Below are positions 62,867 through 64,000 of a stretch of DNA of 64,000 nucleotides, piece by piece (the first letter of the stretch is position 1; every line of letters begins with the position of its first letter). Source of the DNA: Planctomycetota bacterium (GTDB lineage Bacteria; Planctomycetota; B15-G4; SIAN01); NCBI GenBank assembly GCA_031409275.1, contig JANNXA010000024.1:1-64000 (forward strand), in the 5' to 3' direction. Position numbers and translations under genes: made by a program. A model generated the notes under the pieces. That model was not told the origin of the DNA, did no database searches, and worked only from the letters and a program-made list of their open reading frames with translations.

Positions 62867-63738
62867 GGTGGCTCTCCCGGCTCCTGGTGGGCGGCTACCT
62901 GCTGCTGGCGACGCTGCCGCTGGTGTGGATGGCGGTGACGTCGTTCAAGGCGAAGCCCGACGCGATCAGCCTCCATCCGCGCTTCGTGCCGATTTTTACG
63001 GCGCCGGCCGAAGGCGCCGACGACGCGGAGCGCTCGACCTTCGTGGCCACGCGCGAGGCGTACGCCAAGCTCGGCGAAGTGCAGACCGGTGCGCGCGCGA
63101 GCTACTTCGAGCACCTCGGCAACAGCGCGCTGATCGGGCTGCTCTCCACGCTGCTCTCGGTGGCGCTCGGGACGCTGGCGGCCTACGGCTTCAGCCGCTT
63201 CGAGATCGCCGGCAGCAAGGACTGGCTCTTCTTCATCCTGTCGACACGCTTCCTGCCGGCGCTGGCCGTCGTCGTGCCGGTGCTGATCATGTACCGCGAG
63301 CTCGGACTGCTCGGCACCCACCTCGGCCTGGTGCTGCTCTACACGGCGTTCAACCTGTCGTTGGCGGTGTGGCTGATGAAGGGATTCATCGACGAGATCC
63401 CGCGCGCGTTCGAGGAGGCGGCGCTGGTCGACGGCTACTCGCGGCTGCAGGCGTTCTTCCGCGTGATCCTGCCGCAGGCGCGCACCGGGATGGCGGTGAC
63501 CGCGGTCTTCTGCCTGATCTCGGCGTGGAACGAGTACGGCTTCGCGATGACGCTGAACAGCTCGGGCGCGCTGACCGTGCCGGCCTACTTCGCCGGGCTG
63601 CAGGGCAACCTCGAGGGGATGCCGTGGCCGCAGGTCGCGGCCGGCGCGCTGATCTTCGTGGCGCCGATCGTCCTCTTCACCGTGCTGGTGCGCCGCCACC
63701 TGCTGCGCGGCATGACCTTCGGGACGATCAAGCAGTGA
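62863..63738 (+). CDS. Sugar ABC transporter permease 2
   Basis: ATGA overlap; AAYGFSRF, FEEAALVDG, SAWNEY, LLRGMTFG. Confidence 0.93.
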   Translation: MRWLSRLLVGGYLLLATLPLVWMAVTSFKAKPDAISLHPRFVPIFTAPAEGADDAERSTFVATREAYAKLGEVQTGARASYFEHLGNSALIGLLSTLLSVALGTLAAYGFSRFEIAGSKDWLFFILSTRFLPALAVVVPVLIMYRELGLLGTHLGLVLLYTAFNLSLAVWLMKGFIDEIPRAFEEAALVDGYSRLQAFFRVILPQARTGMAVTAVFCLISAWNEYGFAMTLNSSGALTVPAYFAGLQGNLEGMPWPQVAAGALIFVAPIVLFTVLVRRHLLRGMTFGTIKQ

Positions 63739-63917
63739 TCTCTCGAGCGGCCCGCCGACTCTTCGACCGCGCCACGCTGGCCACGATGGTCGCCGGCCTC
63801 GCGCTGCTGCTGCAGCCGTGGTGGGATGGCGGCTTGCGCGTCGGCTTCTTCGTGACGCTGGCGGGCGTCGTGCTGCAGACCATCGCGGGCCATCTGCGCG
63901 ACGAGGGCGGCGCATGA
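63735..63917 (+). CDS. Small two-TM membrane protein inside the ABC operon
   Basis: GTGA and ATGA overlaps with both neighbours; TMVAGLALLLQPWW...GFFVTLAGVVLQTIAGH. Confidence 0.7.
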   Translation: MISRAARRLFDRATLATMVAGLALLLQPWWDGGLRVGFFVTLAGVVLQTIAGHLRDEGGA

Positions 63918-64000
63918 GCGCCCACCTCGAGCTCGAGCGGCTCACGAAGACCTACCCCGACGGCACACGCGCCGTGAAGGGGATCGACTTCGCGGCGACG
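63914..64000 (+). CDS. ABC transporter ATP-binding protein, 5' part only
   Basis: MSAHLELERLTKTYPDGTRAVKGIDF, a typical MalK-like N-terminus. Confidence 0.8.
   Translation, partial: MSAHLELERLTKTYPDGTRAVKGIDFAAT

Overview
GC-rich bacterial DNA, most likely Planctomycetota/PVC (a PVC-type heme-binding CxxCH protein, DUF1080 proteins, a Ser/Thr kinase-FGE fusion and a giant VIT-vWA-TPR protein point that way; this is inference). It holds about 45 CDSs, mostly secreted or envelope proteins, peptidases, sugar transport and salvage genes, and one two-component system. No rRNA, tRNA, CRISPR array or transposase was recognised. Most notable observations: (1) a two-gene unit pairing a vitamin K-dependent carboxylase-like HTTM protein with a lipoprotein carrying 21 Asp in 27 residues, a candidate post-translational carboxylation system; (2) an in-frame UGA in a W-L-U-L-C-L motif followed by a SECIS-like hairpin, inside a broken gene (candidate selenoprotein family); (3) a MITE inserted into the terminal repeat of a second MITE, both with clean target-site duplications, plus a second copy of the inner MITE 35 kb away; (4) several genes eroded by internal deletions; (5) a GHMP kinase-UDP-sugar pyrophosphorylase fusion. 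Family assignments come from motif recognition only; no database search was run.
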